A stretch of DNA of 52,392 nt from a virus. Lineage: Duplodnaviria > Caudoviricetes. A program made the position numbers and the translations under genes. The notes below the pieces were generated by a model. That model was not told the DNA's origin. It made no database searches and saw nothing but the letters and a program-made list of their open reading frames with translations. This document shows positions 35,900 through 44,374 of the stretch, piece after piece. Every line of letters starts with the position of its first letter. The stretch's first letter is position 1. The DNA is taken from IMG/VR virus record IMGVR_UViG_3300037502_000790, positions 1 through 52,392 of that record; one strand, given 5' to 3'.

Positions 35900-35933
35900 A
35901 TAAAAAAATCCCCGGGTGATTTAGGCCCGGGGA
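35900..35933 (-). terminator. Intrinsic terminator of the replication arm
   Basis: Minus strand CCCCGGG-loop-CCCGGGG-ATTTTTTT between convergent genes. Confidence 0.75.
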
Positions 35934-35995
35934 AAGTCCTTGTGAAAGGAGAAGGGTAGTCGGCGATTGACCGACCCCTTCATCCTACAGAAAAT

Positions 35996-36487
35996 CTAAT
36001 GTTGCATTAACGTAGTGTTTGAAGCATCTAACCACTCCCATAGACCGTCCATGAGTCTATCTTGTACCGGTGCCAAGACTTCAGCCAGTTCTCTCCTGAA
36101 CTTCCATGCCTTATGCTGAGTCATTCCCGTCAGCTCACTGACATCGCGCACCGACTTCCCTAATAACGCATCACGTAACTGTTTCTTTGACAATCCGTAT
36201 TTGCCCAGCCTTTCGGCATGCTTCCTAATCAATAGCGCGGCAGCGAGGCGACGTTCCCTGATCGTTCCGTGCAAGTAAAAGGCGTACAGCTGTTCGTCTT
36301 CTGGCCTTCTGCTTAGGAAGTTGAAGATCATTCCCACCTGTGCATGCAGATCGTACTGCGTCAGCCGATCACTGGTACTCTCGTTGTCTGTCTTGTTGGC
36401 TATGTATGTAGCCGATGGGATACTGATGACCGCACTTGATCTCATGCGAAAGGCGAAGGCAAGCGCCTGATCGGGTGACCTAAACAT
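35996..36487 (-). CDS. Putative late transcription regulator (Q-position, C-terminal HTH)
   Basis: SVRDVSELTGMTQHKAWKFRREL HTH; last gene of the nin-like arm. Confidence 0.5.
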   Translation of the reverse strand: MFRSPDQALAFAFRMRSSAVISIPSATYIANKTDNESTSDRLTQYDLHAQVGMIFNFLSRRPEDEQLYAFYLHGTIRERRLAAALLIRKHAERLGKYGLSKKQLRDALLGKSVRDVSELTGMTQHKAWKFRRELAEVLAPVQDRLMDGLWEWLDASNTTLMQH

Positions 36488-36773
36488 CCTGTCCCCTTGC
36501 GCGGATACCCTTAGCCAACTCCACCAGCGTCATTGCGATGATGCGTTGTATCTTTGGGTGGTCCCTCAGGCCGGAAAGGTCTACGCAATTCTCCAATATC
36601 AAAGCACACGCCTCGCGCTCGGCTGCTGCGACTAAGCTGGCAAAGTGTTCGATCTCTGGCGCAACGCAAGTCCATTCGACATTTAGTTCAAGTTGGCTTG
36701 CGTCAGAAAATCCAGCCTCCCTCGCCATGCGGAGAATGTCATCTCTGTTCATACTGCCCTCCGATATATCCAA
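36480..36773 (-). CDS. Hypothetical phage protein
   Basis: MNRDDILRMAREAG...FASLVAAAEREACA...IRARG, a common phage module. Confidence 0.65.
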   Translation of the reverse strand: MDISEGSMNRDDILRMAREAGFSDASQLELNVEWTCVAPEIEHFASLVAAAEREACALILENCVDLSGLRDHPKIQRIIAMTLVELAKGIRARGQDV

Positions 36774-37156
36774 GCGAACGCATCCATCGACACCTCAGCC
36801 GTCCAGATCAACCCATCCTCACCAGCCCACCTATCCTGAACATCATTCAGCCTGACCCTAACTCGCCACTCTCTCCGATCTTCGCGCATGAAGAGGACCG
36901 GGCGGCGCTGATCGTTCCGTGCTTGAACGACTGTCTGCGCCCAAAAAGATTCGATGTCAGCAGGTAGGATCTTGGCGTAGCGCTTGACCTCTGGCGCCCA
37001 ACCATTCAGCCCTGAGATGTCGTACCCACCGTCTCGTGTCTGCTCAAGGTTCCGCTCAAGCTTATCGGTCAGCTCAGGCAACACCCGCTTGAGTTCACCG
37101 ATTAGCTCGCGCTCTCCCGCACTACCTTTGGTTCTACTGTTAATCTTCTTCTTCAT
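36749..37156 (-). CDS. Holliday junction resolvase-like PD-(D/E)XK nuclease
   Basis: SRTKGSAGERE...RNLEQTRDGGYDI...EVKR...WAQT; start reassigned to 37156. Confidence 0.75.
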   Translation of the reverse strand: MKKKINSRTKGSAGERELIGELKRVLPELTDKLERNLEQTRDGGYDISGLNGWAPEVKRYAKILPADIESFWAQTVVQARNDQRRPVLFMREDRREWRVRVRLNDVQDRWAGEDGLIWTAEVSMDAFAWIYRRAV

Positions 37157-37508
37157 TGTTACCCCAATTAAGAATAGATTCTCCTTGCTGCACTCGCTTC
37201 CAAAACCTACTTTCATTTGAAACGCCGATCACCTCCACCTCGTTGTCAAAACCGCTTTTCCAAAGTACAAACCGAGTCTCAGGGTGATCGCATAAACCCT
37301 CTTCCAACATTTGTGTTTTGAACTCAGGTGTGCAGTCAAGGCATACGCCTGTGTCTTTTGGATTGCTGCTCTGACGCATCAGGTGGATGTAGTCACGGTA
37401 CTGATCCGGACTTTCGAAGCAGGCTGGGTGACTTGCCGACCTCGAGCCCAGCAGTACCTTGCGTGGATCTCTTGACCTCCGAGCATTCGGAAAACCCTTA
37501 CGCCCCAT
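37140..37508 (-). CDS. Cys-containing hypothetical protein
   Basis: PACF...CLDCTPEFK..M...LCDHP motif. Confidence 0.6.
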   Translation of the reverse strand: MGRKGFPNARRSRDPRKVLLGSRSASHPACFESPDQYRDYIHLMRQSSNPKDTGVCLDCTPEFKTQMLEEGLCDHPETRFVLWKSGFDNEVEVIGVSNESRFWKRVQQGESILNWGNNEEED

Positions 37509-37833
37509 AGGATTTCTTCTCAAATCTTTCGTCAGCTCGCAACGTGCGCCACACTTCAGCCTGCATCTCGATTGACTTCATGTCGTACCGCAATCGCTCT
37601 TCCGCTTCGACCGCCGCCTGCAATCCATCGAGCAGTGCTAGGTATTCTTCCGAAGCTAATGCTTCCCTATCCTGCGCTGCCACCGTTTTGAATCCATCTC
37701 GATCAGCTTGTCGCATCAGAATCGCATGCTTAGATTTCTTAAACTCTTCGATGTAAGTGCGCTTCGCTCTGGCTTTGGCGTACTCGGCCACCTTCTCTCG
37801 GTAGTCGTGCATCAACCGCTCAATCTCATTCAT
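37498..37833 (-). CDS. Coiled-coil phage protein
   Basis: YAKARAKR.YIEEFKKS...AQDREALAS.EY...EVWRTLRA pattern. Confidence 0.65.
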   Translation of the reverse strand: MNEIERLMHDYREKVAEYAKARAKRTYIEEFKKSKHAILMRQADRDGFKTVAAQDREALASEEYLALLDGLQAAVEAEERLRYDMKSIEMQAEVWRTLRADERFEKKSYGA

Positions 37834-38017
37834 CTTCTTCCTCCGCCCCAATCACGTTCAGCGCAATGACCAAAAGCCTTGCGTCGCTTGTCTTCTGGTA
37901 TGCGCGGATCAGAGCCTCGACCTCATCGAGCATCTCTGCCATTTCTTCGCAGTGGGAGAGAAGAAGCTCAGGATTGAGTGCTTCCTCCTGCTGATCAGTC
38001 CAAACCTCCGCACTCAT
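37826..38017 (-). CDS. Small acidic hypothetical protein
   Basis: Coupled to both neighbours. Confidence 0.55.
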   Translation of the reverse strand: MSAEVWTDQQEEALNPELLLSHCEEMAEMLDEVEALIRAYQKTSDARLLVIALNVIGAEEEDE

Positions 38018-38481
38018 TTTTTCCTCCGCTTCTCATGTAGACAAAGGGCGTCTACTCCCATGCCGCAGTCAGACATAAACTCGCTCACGATCTGCACCGC
38101 TTCGACTGCATTGGCACCCATGTACAAAGCCCCGTAGGCGATATCCCTGCCGGAGCCGGTGCAGTACTGCTCGTCCTCGAACACAATCGGAGATGGGGTG
38201 TACTCGTATCGAAGGATCAATCCCTCAGTCGTGATGACAGTCAGCACAGCTGATAGATTATTGTCGTCCTGATACCTCGGGAAATGATCAGGCAGAGCAC
38301 CGGCTGCATACCAATCCATCATCACGTTGGCCTGAGTCGAAGCGCCCGAGCCGCCCATCAAGTGACCTTTGTACTTCCCGTTTGTTACCCGCCTGATCTT
38401 GGTGATGGTTCGTCGGATCCCATCATCAGTTGCTTGCTTGTCAGCTGCCAAGGTCTCCCCATCCCATACGATTACCGTCAT
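38014..38481 (-). CDS. HslV/proteasome-beta-like Ntn protease
   Basis: MTVIVWDGETLAADKQ (Thr1), TKI, GGSG, TGSGRDIAYGAL, AVEAV; start reassigned to 38481. Confidence 0.75.
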   Translation of the reverse strand: MTVIVWDGETLAADKQATDDGIRRTITKIRRVTNGKYKGHLMGGSGASTQANVMMDWYAAGALPDHFPRYQDDNNLSAVLTVITTEGLILRYEYTPSPIVFEDEQYCTGSGRDIAYGALYMGANAVEAVQIVSEFMSDCGMGVDALCLHEKRRKK

Positions 38482-38483
38482 CC

Positions 38484-38777
38484 CTAGCCTTTCACTTTGA
38501 TCAGATCCTGCTCCCACATCCTCTGATACGTCTTGCAAATAGCGGCGAGAATGAAGTCCCGCTTTTCTTCCCTGCTCATCTTGGCGCCTTGGTCATACTC
38601 GGTGTGGCAGCGGTAGCACAGCCAAGCATGCATCCCATCGTGCGCTTTCAACCCCTTGCCCTTGCCGTGCTCCATAAGATTGGAGTGCGCGGCCACGGTC
38701 GTTCCGTTCTCTGATCCACACCATACACACGCCTGACCTCTAGCCAGATCCAGCAGCTTGCGGTTACGGTAGGTCAA
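38484..38777 (-). CDS. YbcO/DUF1364-like HNH-type nuclease
   Basis: YRNRKLL..ARGQACVWC...TVAAHSN..HGKGKGLKAHD...LCYRCH..YD; TTG start overlapping the primase stop. Confidence 0.7.
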   Translation of the reverse strand: MTYRNRKLLDLARGQACVWCGSENGTTVAAHSNLMEHGKGKGLKAHDGMHAWLCYRCHTEYDQGAKMSREEKRDFILAAICKTYQRMWEQDLIKVKG

Positions 38778-40471
38778 CGCAGGAACCCCGAGCCCTGCCC
38801 CGCAGGAATGGTGAATCGCCCTGAGTGCTTGTCCCACTCGAGGAACGTTTGCCCCAGCTGACCCAACCACCTCGACCTGATCTTCTGCACGTGTACCTCG
38901 GAGTAGGCGTGAGGATCAGACTTGTCACGGTGGATCGCAATGATGTTGTCTGCCTTGTTGAAGAAGTGCGCCGACCCTGCTACGTCATAGCCAGTGGGTA
39001 CCGGGTACTTTCCATCCATCCCCTTCTGCAACTTGGTGGGGTGCGCCACAAGCCAGATGTGAATACCCATCATTCGAGCGAAGCCACGCAGCTGCGCCAA
39101 GAAGTCGGAGATGTACTCCGTCTCGGAGATGCCATCCTTCCTGTGGGTGTGGGTTATCTCGTTGTAGGGATCGATGATCAGACCCTTCATCCCGTAGCGC
39201 TTGACCATCAGCTTGGCTTTAGCCAGAAGGGAATCAAGTGTCCGATCCTCAGGCATGACGAACTTGAAGAAGACGCCGACCCATTCCTTGGCCTCCTCAT
39301 ACTCTTCCTTCGTCATCTTGTGCAGCCGCTTACCAGCGTACTTCTCCATTAGCTTGGCAGCGTGGTAGGTGATGGGTTGATTCTCTGGAGAGCACACGCC
39401 AATGACCCAGTGGTGGACACGAGTCATGTTCATTGCCAGCGCGTCAAGCCACTCGGACTTTCCCATGCCGGGGACACCGGTCACTAAAGTCCACTGCCCT
39501 TCCATCGGGCGGTAGAAGTCATCGACGTTCGCCCAGCCGGTCGTCAAGCCGGGAGGCAAACCCTCGGTGTAGATCTGGTCAAGGTCGCTGCCGAAAGCAT
39601 CCAGCTCGAAGATGCCATCGACAGGGAAAGGAACTGCGTTCTTTATGCAGTCGGAGAGAACCTCTTTGCCAAGCTTGATGAGCACATCGTTGGCGTCCTT
39701 GCAATCCTCCGGCCACTGAACGCGGTAGCACCGCTCTTTGCCAAGGCGACGTGCAAGCTCCTCCTCCAACTTCCGCCCCGGTACATCACTGTCAACAGCG
39801 AGAATAAACTTCTCGACCGACTCGATACTCGGATCTTCGACATCGAGGTACGAGAACTTCTTTTCAAAATTCGTTGCATTGCCAGTTGGCGCTCCGTCCG
39901 GTACAGAGATCGCGTGGCGGAAACCAGCAACTTCCAGCGCCAAAGCATCAAACTCTCCTTCTGTGATGATCGTGCACTTCGGATCGATGTCGTCATACTT
40001 GTACCATGTCTTCTCTGCGCCACCCTCTTGGGTGAAGTACTTGTTCTTGTCCCGGTATTTCACGTTGACGATCTCTCCGTGCTTGATGAACGGAAAGGCG
40101 ATGCACATAACCTCCTCTTCACGCTGAGGCATGTACTTCTTCATCATCGAGATCTGATTGCGAGCGGCTACCTCAGGCGTGATGCCCCGCTCTGCCAAGT
40201 AGTTCATGCCACTCTCCGTGAGGAGCTGCGCCTTGAACTCAGGCTTACGATAGTTCTTCGCGCCCGATGCGTAGGGCTTCATGTAGTTCCCTTTCCCTAT
40301 TGATCCCGACCAACCGCAGTGCCAGCAGTTGTACATGCCCTTGTCGATGTTGACGTTTAGGCATGGATACGATCGTTTCTTTCTTGTGTGGGAACACTGA
40401 GGACAAACAGTCTTGATCTCGCCAGAAAACTTGCCCCTGACATCAATACCTAGATCACTCCACGACTTCAT
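38774..40471 (-). CDS. Primase-helicase (T7 gp4/Twinkle type)
   Basis: Zn finger CPQC...CWHC, TOPRIM ITEGEFDAL and DSD, KDANDVL, Walker A GVPGMGKS, IIDPYN, VAHPTK. Confidence 0.92.
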   Translation of the reverse strand: MKSWSDLGIDVRGKFSGEIKTVCPQCSHTRKKRSYPCLNVNIDKGMYNCWHCGWSGSIGKGNYMKPYASGAKNYRKPEFKAQLLTESGMNYLAERGITPEVAARNQISMMKKYMPQREEEVMCIAFPFIKHGEIVNVKYRDKNKYFTQEGGAEKTWYKYDDIDPKCTIITEGEFDALALEVAGFRHAISVPDGAPTGNATNFEKKFSYLDVEDPSIESVEKFILAVDSDVPGRKLEEELARRLGKERCYRVQWPEDCKDANDVLIKLGKEVLSDCIKNAVPFPVDGIFELDAFGSDLDQIYTEGLPPGLTTGWANVDDFYRPMEGQWTLVTGVPGMGKSEWLDALAMNMTRVHHWVIGVCSPENQPITYHAAKLMEKYAGKRLHKMTKEEYEEAKEWVGVFFKFVMPEDRTLDSLLAKAKLMVKRYGMKGLIIDPYNEITHTHRKDGISETEYISDFLAQLRGFARMMGIHIWLVAHPTKLQKGMDGKYPVPTGYDVAGSAHFFNKADNIIAIHRDKSDPHAYSEVHVQKIRSRWLGQLGQTFLEWDKHSGRFTIPAGQGSGFLR

Positions 40472-40561
40472 AACTCACCCTTCTTATAGTTCTTCTTCAA
40501 CCGGTTTGTTTTTTATTCCGGTATCAATCTATGTAACTATGTTTAAATAACCCTTCCTCTA

Positions 40562-40767
40562 TGGTGAAGACGTACCTAGCCCATCCTTAGGTACGCCTTC
40601 AGCACGTTTCCTCTACGGAGCCAGACATGCACCCGACAGACTTGCGCTCACGGGGATCTATCTTCGCCACCCCTGTCCTTCTTCCCGAGCTAACCCACAG
40701 TAAGGACTCTTGATGGTTACGCTGCCGTTGGTTTACCCCGACCATAACCACGCAATCATTTCTGATG
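40562..40767 (-). ncRNA. Putative structured leader RNA of the PR transcript
   Basis: Serial hairpins including 14-bp TGAAGGCGTACCTA/TAGGTACGTCTTCA followed by CCA; G-U pairs favour the minus strand. Confidence 0.55.
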
Positions 40768-40773
40768 TGATGA

Positions 40774-40802
40774 AGTATAAGCGGGACTGATATGCAAGTC
40801 AA
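40774..40802 (-). promoter_or_regulatory. Sigma70 promoter (PR-like)
   Basis: TTGACT-17 nt-TATACT. Confidence 0.8.
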
Positions 40803-40811
40803 CGGTAACAT

Positions 40812-40833
40812 GTATTGACAGCGTGGTTAATAC
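40812..40833. promoter_or_regulatory. Candidate operator / cI promoter -35
   Basis: Dyad GTATTGAC-agcgtg-GTTAATAC containing TTGACA; GTATTGAC recurs at 41561. Confidence 0.45.
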
Positions 40834-40874
40834 AGGTGTTGAATTGCGCCTTTGTAGCGCACACAGGGGGGCTT

Positions 40875-41540
40875 ATGCCTAACCGCAATCTGAACAAAGA
40901 CGAGCTTGAAGATGCCAGACGACTCCGCCAACTCTGGAAAGACAAGAAGGACGAGCTTCACTTATCGCAAGTGAAAGCAGCGAAGGAGCTTGGGTATAAC
41001 AGCCAAGGTGCTGTGTCCCAGTTTCTGAACGGTAAGGTCGGCCTCAACTTTCAAGCTGTTGCTAAGTTCGCAAAACTACTCAGGGTTACTGTTGGGGAGA
41101 TCTCGCCTCGGTTTGCCCATCTAGTGGAGAAGCCAATCGCCCCAGCTCTAGACCGGTATGTAGCGCCTGAGACGGGATCAATAGGGGGCGTTCACACCGA
41201 CATCACCGTAGACTGGTTTGCCTTCTCTAAAGACTTCTGCGCTAGCCTTGGGGTGCAGCCAGAGAACTTGAAGACTGTTCGACTCACCGATGACTCTTTT
41301 AAGGAGTTTCCTATCGGCACAGTATTCTTGGTAGACGACAGCTTTCAGCCGAAGCCGGAGCCCGGCGTGTACTTGTTCCAACAGGGCAACACGATCGTTG
41401 CTAGGCGGGTAGCTGTTGGTGACAAGATAACTATTAGCGCTGGCCGGGGGAAGACTCAAGAGATCGACCCTGAAGCATTTCAACTATTACGTGTTATTGG
41501 TCGCGTAGTAAGTGCTTTTTCTACAACATCAAAGGCTTAG
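40875..41540 (+). CDS. cI: CI-like repressor (HTH plus S24-like domain)
   Basis: ELEDARRLRQLW..KK.EL.LSQ..AA.ELG..SQGAVSQFLNG, closely lambda-CI-like; start reassigned to 40875. Confidence 0.85.
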   Translation: MPNRNLNKDELEDARRLRQLWKDKKDELHLSQVKAAKELGYNSQGAVSQFLNGKVGLNFQAVAKFAKLLRVTVGEISPRFAHLVEKPIAPALDRYVAPETGSIGGVHTDITVDWFAFSKDFCASLGVQPENLKTVRLTDDSFKEFPIGTVFLVDDSFQPKPEPGVYLFQQGNTIVARRVAVGDKITISAGRGKTQEIDPEAFQLLRVIGRVVSAFSTTSKA

Positions 41541-41563
41541 GGTATTTTTTTGTTGATAGGGTA

Positions 41564-41591
41564 TTGACGCCGCTAATATTTGCTCTATACT
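41564..41591 (+). promoter_or_regulatory. Sigma70 promoter (PL-like)
   Basis: TTGACG-16 nt-TATACT upstream of erf. Confidence 0.7.
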
Positions 41592-41622
41592 TGCACCCAC
41601 AAACAACAAGTATGGAGGGTGT

Positions 41623-42255
41623 ATGGATGGGCAAAAGAGTCCCCATGTCCTGATAGGCATCAAGCAAGTGATGCAGGCGTTTGCTGATAAAGGCATCGCC
41701 AAGTCCCACAAAAACGAATCCCAAGGCTTTAAGTTTCGAGGCATCGACGATGTGATGAACCGCATGGCTCAGCATCTCGTCGAGGCCGGTCTTGTCATTG
41801 TCCCGAATATTAGGAATCGTGAAGTTTATGAGCGTGTTAATAGTCGAGGCAATCCCCTCTTCTATGTGACCGTTCAAGTGGACTTCACCATCTGGTCAGC
41901 CGTAGATGGCAGCAGTGTTGTGTGCTCGGTGCCGGGCGAAGCTATGGACTCTGGCGACAAGGCAACCAACAAAGCGCTGTCGATCGCCTACAAGTACATG
42001 GCGTTCCAGCTCTTCGCCATCCCGATTGATGAGGATCCTGACCGCCACACCCATGAAGTCGGCAGATCCCCTGACAAGACACTAGCTCCCAGCGACATCG
42101 ACATCATTCGCAAGCTAATGGCAAACACCGATGTGACGGAAGCAAAGCTGCTGGAGATCTACAAAGTGACCAGCATCGAGCAGATACCGATTAGCAAGAT
42201 GGCGGAGATCACATCGAACCTGCAGAAACGAATCAAACAAGCGGAGGAAGCATGA
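41623..42255 (+). CDS. erf: ERF-family ssDNA annealing protein
   Basis: FKFRGIDDV...GEAMDSGDKATNKALSIAYKY...FAIP..EDPD. Confidence 0.88.
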   Translation: MDGQKSPHVLIGIKQVMQAFADKGIAKSHKNESQGFKFRGIDDVMNRMAQHLVEAGLVIVPNIRNREVYERVNSRGNPLFYVTVQVDFTIWSAVDGSSVVCSVPGEAMDSGDKATNKALSIAYKYMAFQLFAIPIDEDPDRHTHEVGRSPDKTLAPSDIDIIRKLMANTDVTEAKLLEIYKVTSIEQIPISKMAEITSNLQKRIKQAEEA

Positions 42256-42512
42256 AGCAATACAACAACATCTCAGTATTCAAAGCCAAGCCAAGCCAGA
42301 ACGCGAAGGCTCCACAGTTCAACGTCGTCATTGAGATGGCGGACGGAACCAAGTGGCGCGGCGGTCTCTGGGAAGCAACATCCAAGGCTGGCACGAAATA
42401 CCTGCGCGGCTCACTCGATGAGGACACCGGCAACGGTGATCAGCCTCGCGCATCCAAGCGCAACGACGACCCACCCTTTGAGCCAAACAACAACAGTTTG
42501 GTTGACTGGTGA
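42252..42512 (+). CDS. Small ssDNA-binding protein-like
   Basis: NAKAPQF...GGLWEATSKAGTKYLRGSL, acidic tail; follows erf. Confidence 0.65.
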   Translation: MKQYNNISVFKAKPSQNAKAPQFNVVIEMADGTKWRGGLWEATSKAGTKYLRGSLDEDTGNGDQPRASKRNDDPPFEPNNNSLVDW

Positions 42513-42520
42513 GATCGCTG

Positions 42521-42857
42521 GCCTCGGGGGTCATAGGTATTGCAGATGCTCCCGCCGACCCGAGGCGTATTAAAGAGGCGGGGAAAGACTCCTTTCCCTC
42601 GGGCAACCGGGGTTTTGAACCCGTAACGTCAGGGCAATCTGCATCGGCGTGACACTGGAGAGACAGCCGGAGGAGTTAGCGCCCCTCCGGACCAAGACGC
42701 ATGGGGATTGGATAGACACTGCTATCGGCTCACCGTTGAAAGAATACGGACAAGTTGGCCCGACAGAAACGCCAGTCCCCAGTCGTGTTGGTGGTGAGCG
42801 CAGCACCTTGGGCCGTAATGGGCCGAGCCAACCCGCAGCGGGGGCGGACTGCGCACC
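42521..42857 (+). ncRNA. Putative large structured RNA region
   Basis: Many nested stems, a GCAA tetraloop and possible pseudoknots; no credible ORF. Confidence 0.55.
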
Positions 42858-42878
42858 TGTACCGATTTAGGAGATTGT

Positions 42879-43163
42879 GTGGACAAACAAGAAGAGAAGA
42901 TGCCAAGCAAGGTGTACATGAGCGAAATGCTGGCGCGGGTGAAGAAAGCTACGTACACCCTCATGCCGGGCACGACGACTACCTTCTGCCAGCTGGAGAT
43001 GGTCAACGGTTACACCGTATGGGGCAAGAGCGCATGCGTTGATCCGAATGAATACAGCCATGCCCTCGGTGAGAAGTATGCCTTCGAAGATGCGGTCAAT
43101 CAGCTGTGGCCGCTGGAGGGATATCTCTTGGCAGAGCGCCGCTATCAAGCAGGGCTGGCATGA
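42879..43163 (+). CDS. N4 gp49 / Sf6 gp66 family protein
   Basis: TTFCQLEMVNGYTVWGKSACVDPNEY...LGEKYA.EDA.NQLWPLEGYLL signature. Confidence 0.85.
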   Translation: MDKQEEKMPSKVYMSEMLARVKKATYTLMPGTTTTFCQLEMVNGYTVWGKSACVDPNEYSHALGEKYAFEDAVNQLWPLEGYLLAERRYQAGLA

Positions 43164-44032
43164 ATCTTACCAATATCCACGACTTGCCTCAGGCGCTGGT
43201 CGATGCGGTAAGGAATGATCCTTACACGGGCGGCGGGGACATCTCGGTCACCAAGCTGATCGACTCGGCGCAGCGTCGCGTCCTGCTCAAGAAGTTCGGC
43301 GCGTCGGTAGTAGAGGATGTCAGTGAGCGCATCTGGTCTTTGCTTGGTCAGGCTGTGCATACCATCCTCGAGCGAGCCAACAAGTCCGACATTGTCGAAG
43401 AGCGTCTGTACGCTGACGTGGAGGGTTGGTCTTTGTCTGGTCAGTTCGATCGGATGGATTTGCGTAACGAGACATTAGACGACTACAAGTGCACGAGTGT
43501 GTACAAGGTGATGATGTCTGACATGAAGGAGTGGGAGCGCCAGCTCAATGTGCTGCGTTGGTTGGCGATTCAAAACGGTTACAAGGTAGAGCGTCTTAGG
43601 ATCATTGCGATCCTGAGGGATTGGCGCAAGTCTGATGCAAAGCGTAAGCAAGACTATCCACAAAAGCCGGTAGCCACCATTGATATCCCGGTCTGGCCGC
43701 TTGATGAAACATATCAGTACATAAGAGATCGTATTAGCTTACACCAAGCAGCAGAAGCGGGTGGCACACTTATTGTGTGTACTGATGAAGAGCGATGGTA
43801 TGCGGGTACGACTTACGCGCTGATGAAACCGGGCGGCAAACGAGCAATAAAGATATTCGAAAGGAAGGAAGATGCTGAATCCGCACTCACTGACAGCACA
43901 GTTATTGAAGAGAGGCGCGGAGGATACAGACGATGTGAAGAGTACTGCGAAGTGTCTGAGTTCTGCGAACAGTATCAGTCTAGTCGGGAAAACTCTGAGC
44001 CTACCTTCTGGGAAAGTGGTGAGGGTAGTTGA
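43160..44032 (+). CDS. PD-(D/E)XK (Cas4-like) exonuclease
   Basis: LTNIHDLP, ISVTKLI, GQAVH, LSGQFD, DYK, QLN, RCEEYCEVSEFCEQY; start 43160. Confidence 0.8.
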   Translation: MNLTNIHDLPQALVDAVRNDPYTGGGDISVTKLIDSAQRRVLLKKFGASVVEDVSERIWSLLGQAVHTILERANKSDIVEERLYADVEGWSLSGQFDRMDLRNETLDDYKCTSVYKVMMSDMKEWERQLNVLRWLAIQNGYKVERLRIIAILRDWRKSDAKRKQDYPQKPVATIDIPVWPLDETYQYIRDRISLHQAAEAGGTLIVCTDEERWYAGTTYALMKPGGKRAIKIFERKEDAESALTDSTVIEERRGGYRRCEEYCEVSEFCEQYQSSRENSEPTFWESGEGS

Positions 44033-44195
44033 AGAAACAGGGCGGGGGTCCTACAGATGTATGTATGACTTGCCTGAAGTTGAGTCATATGTAGGGATGA
44101 CAAAAGAGCAGCTGCACGAAGCTCGCAAGGTGGAGTTCAGCGATAAGTTTCTAATCAATTTTGGTGAGGAGGTTGAGTGGAATTTCAAAAACTAA
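43872..44195 (+). CDS. Hypothetical protein (true start probably downstream)
   Basis: Fills the gap between exonuclease and xis. Confidence 0.4.
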   Translation: MLNPHSLTAQLLKRGAEDTDDVKSTAKCLSSANSISLVGKTLSLPSGKVVRVVEETGRGSYRCMYDLPEVESYVGMTKEQLHEARKVEFSDKFLINFGEEVEWNFKN

Positions 44196-44374
44196 TGGAC
44201 GTTGAAGAGGCCGCTGACTATGTCGGCCTGTCCACGTTTACCGTGCGTAGGCTGGCAAAAAACGGGGCGCTTCCCGCCGCGAAAATCGGCAGAGCATATC
44301 GTTTCAAAAAAGAGGATATCGATACTTATCTAAGAACTCAATACAAGGGGGAGCTGCATGGGTCAACGGCTTGA
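44177..44374 (+). CDS. xis: Excisionase-family HTH protein
   Basis: MDVEEAADYVGLSTFTVRRLAKNGALPAAKIGRAYRFKKEDI. Confidence 0.75.
   Translation: MEFQKLMDVEEAADYVGLSTFTVRRLAKNGALPAAKIGRAYRFKKEDIDTYLRTQYKGELHGSTA

Noticed and set aside
32994-38481. Pupylation-like system (GS-fold ligase + GG-Q/E tags + proteasome-like protease)
   Set aside because: The ADGG motifs are internal with variable following residues, the genes sit in three different operons, and the ligase shows amidoligase rather than PafA motifs. Nothing links them beyond analogy.
40599-40811. Possible cro
   Set aside because: The start lies upstream of the PR promoter, there is no SD or HTH pattern, and the region is better explained by RNA stems.
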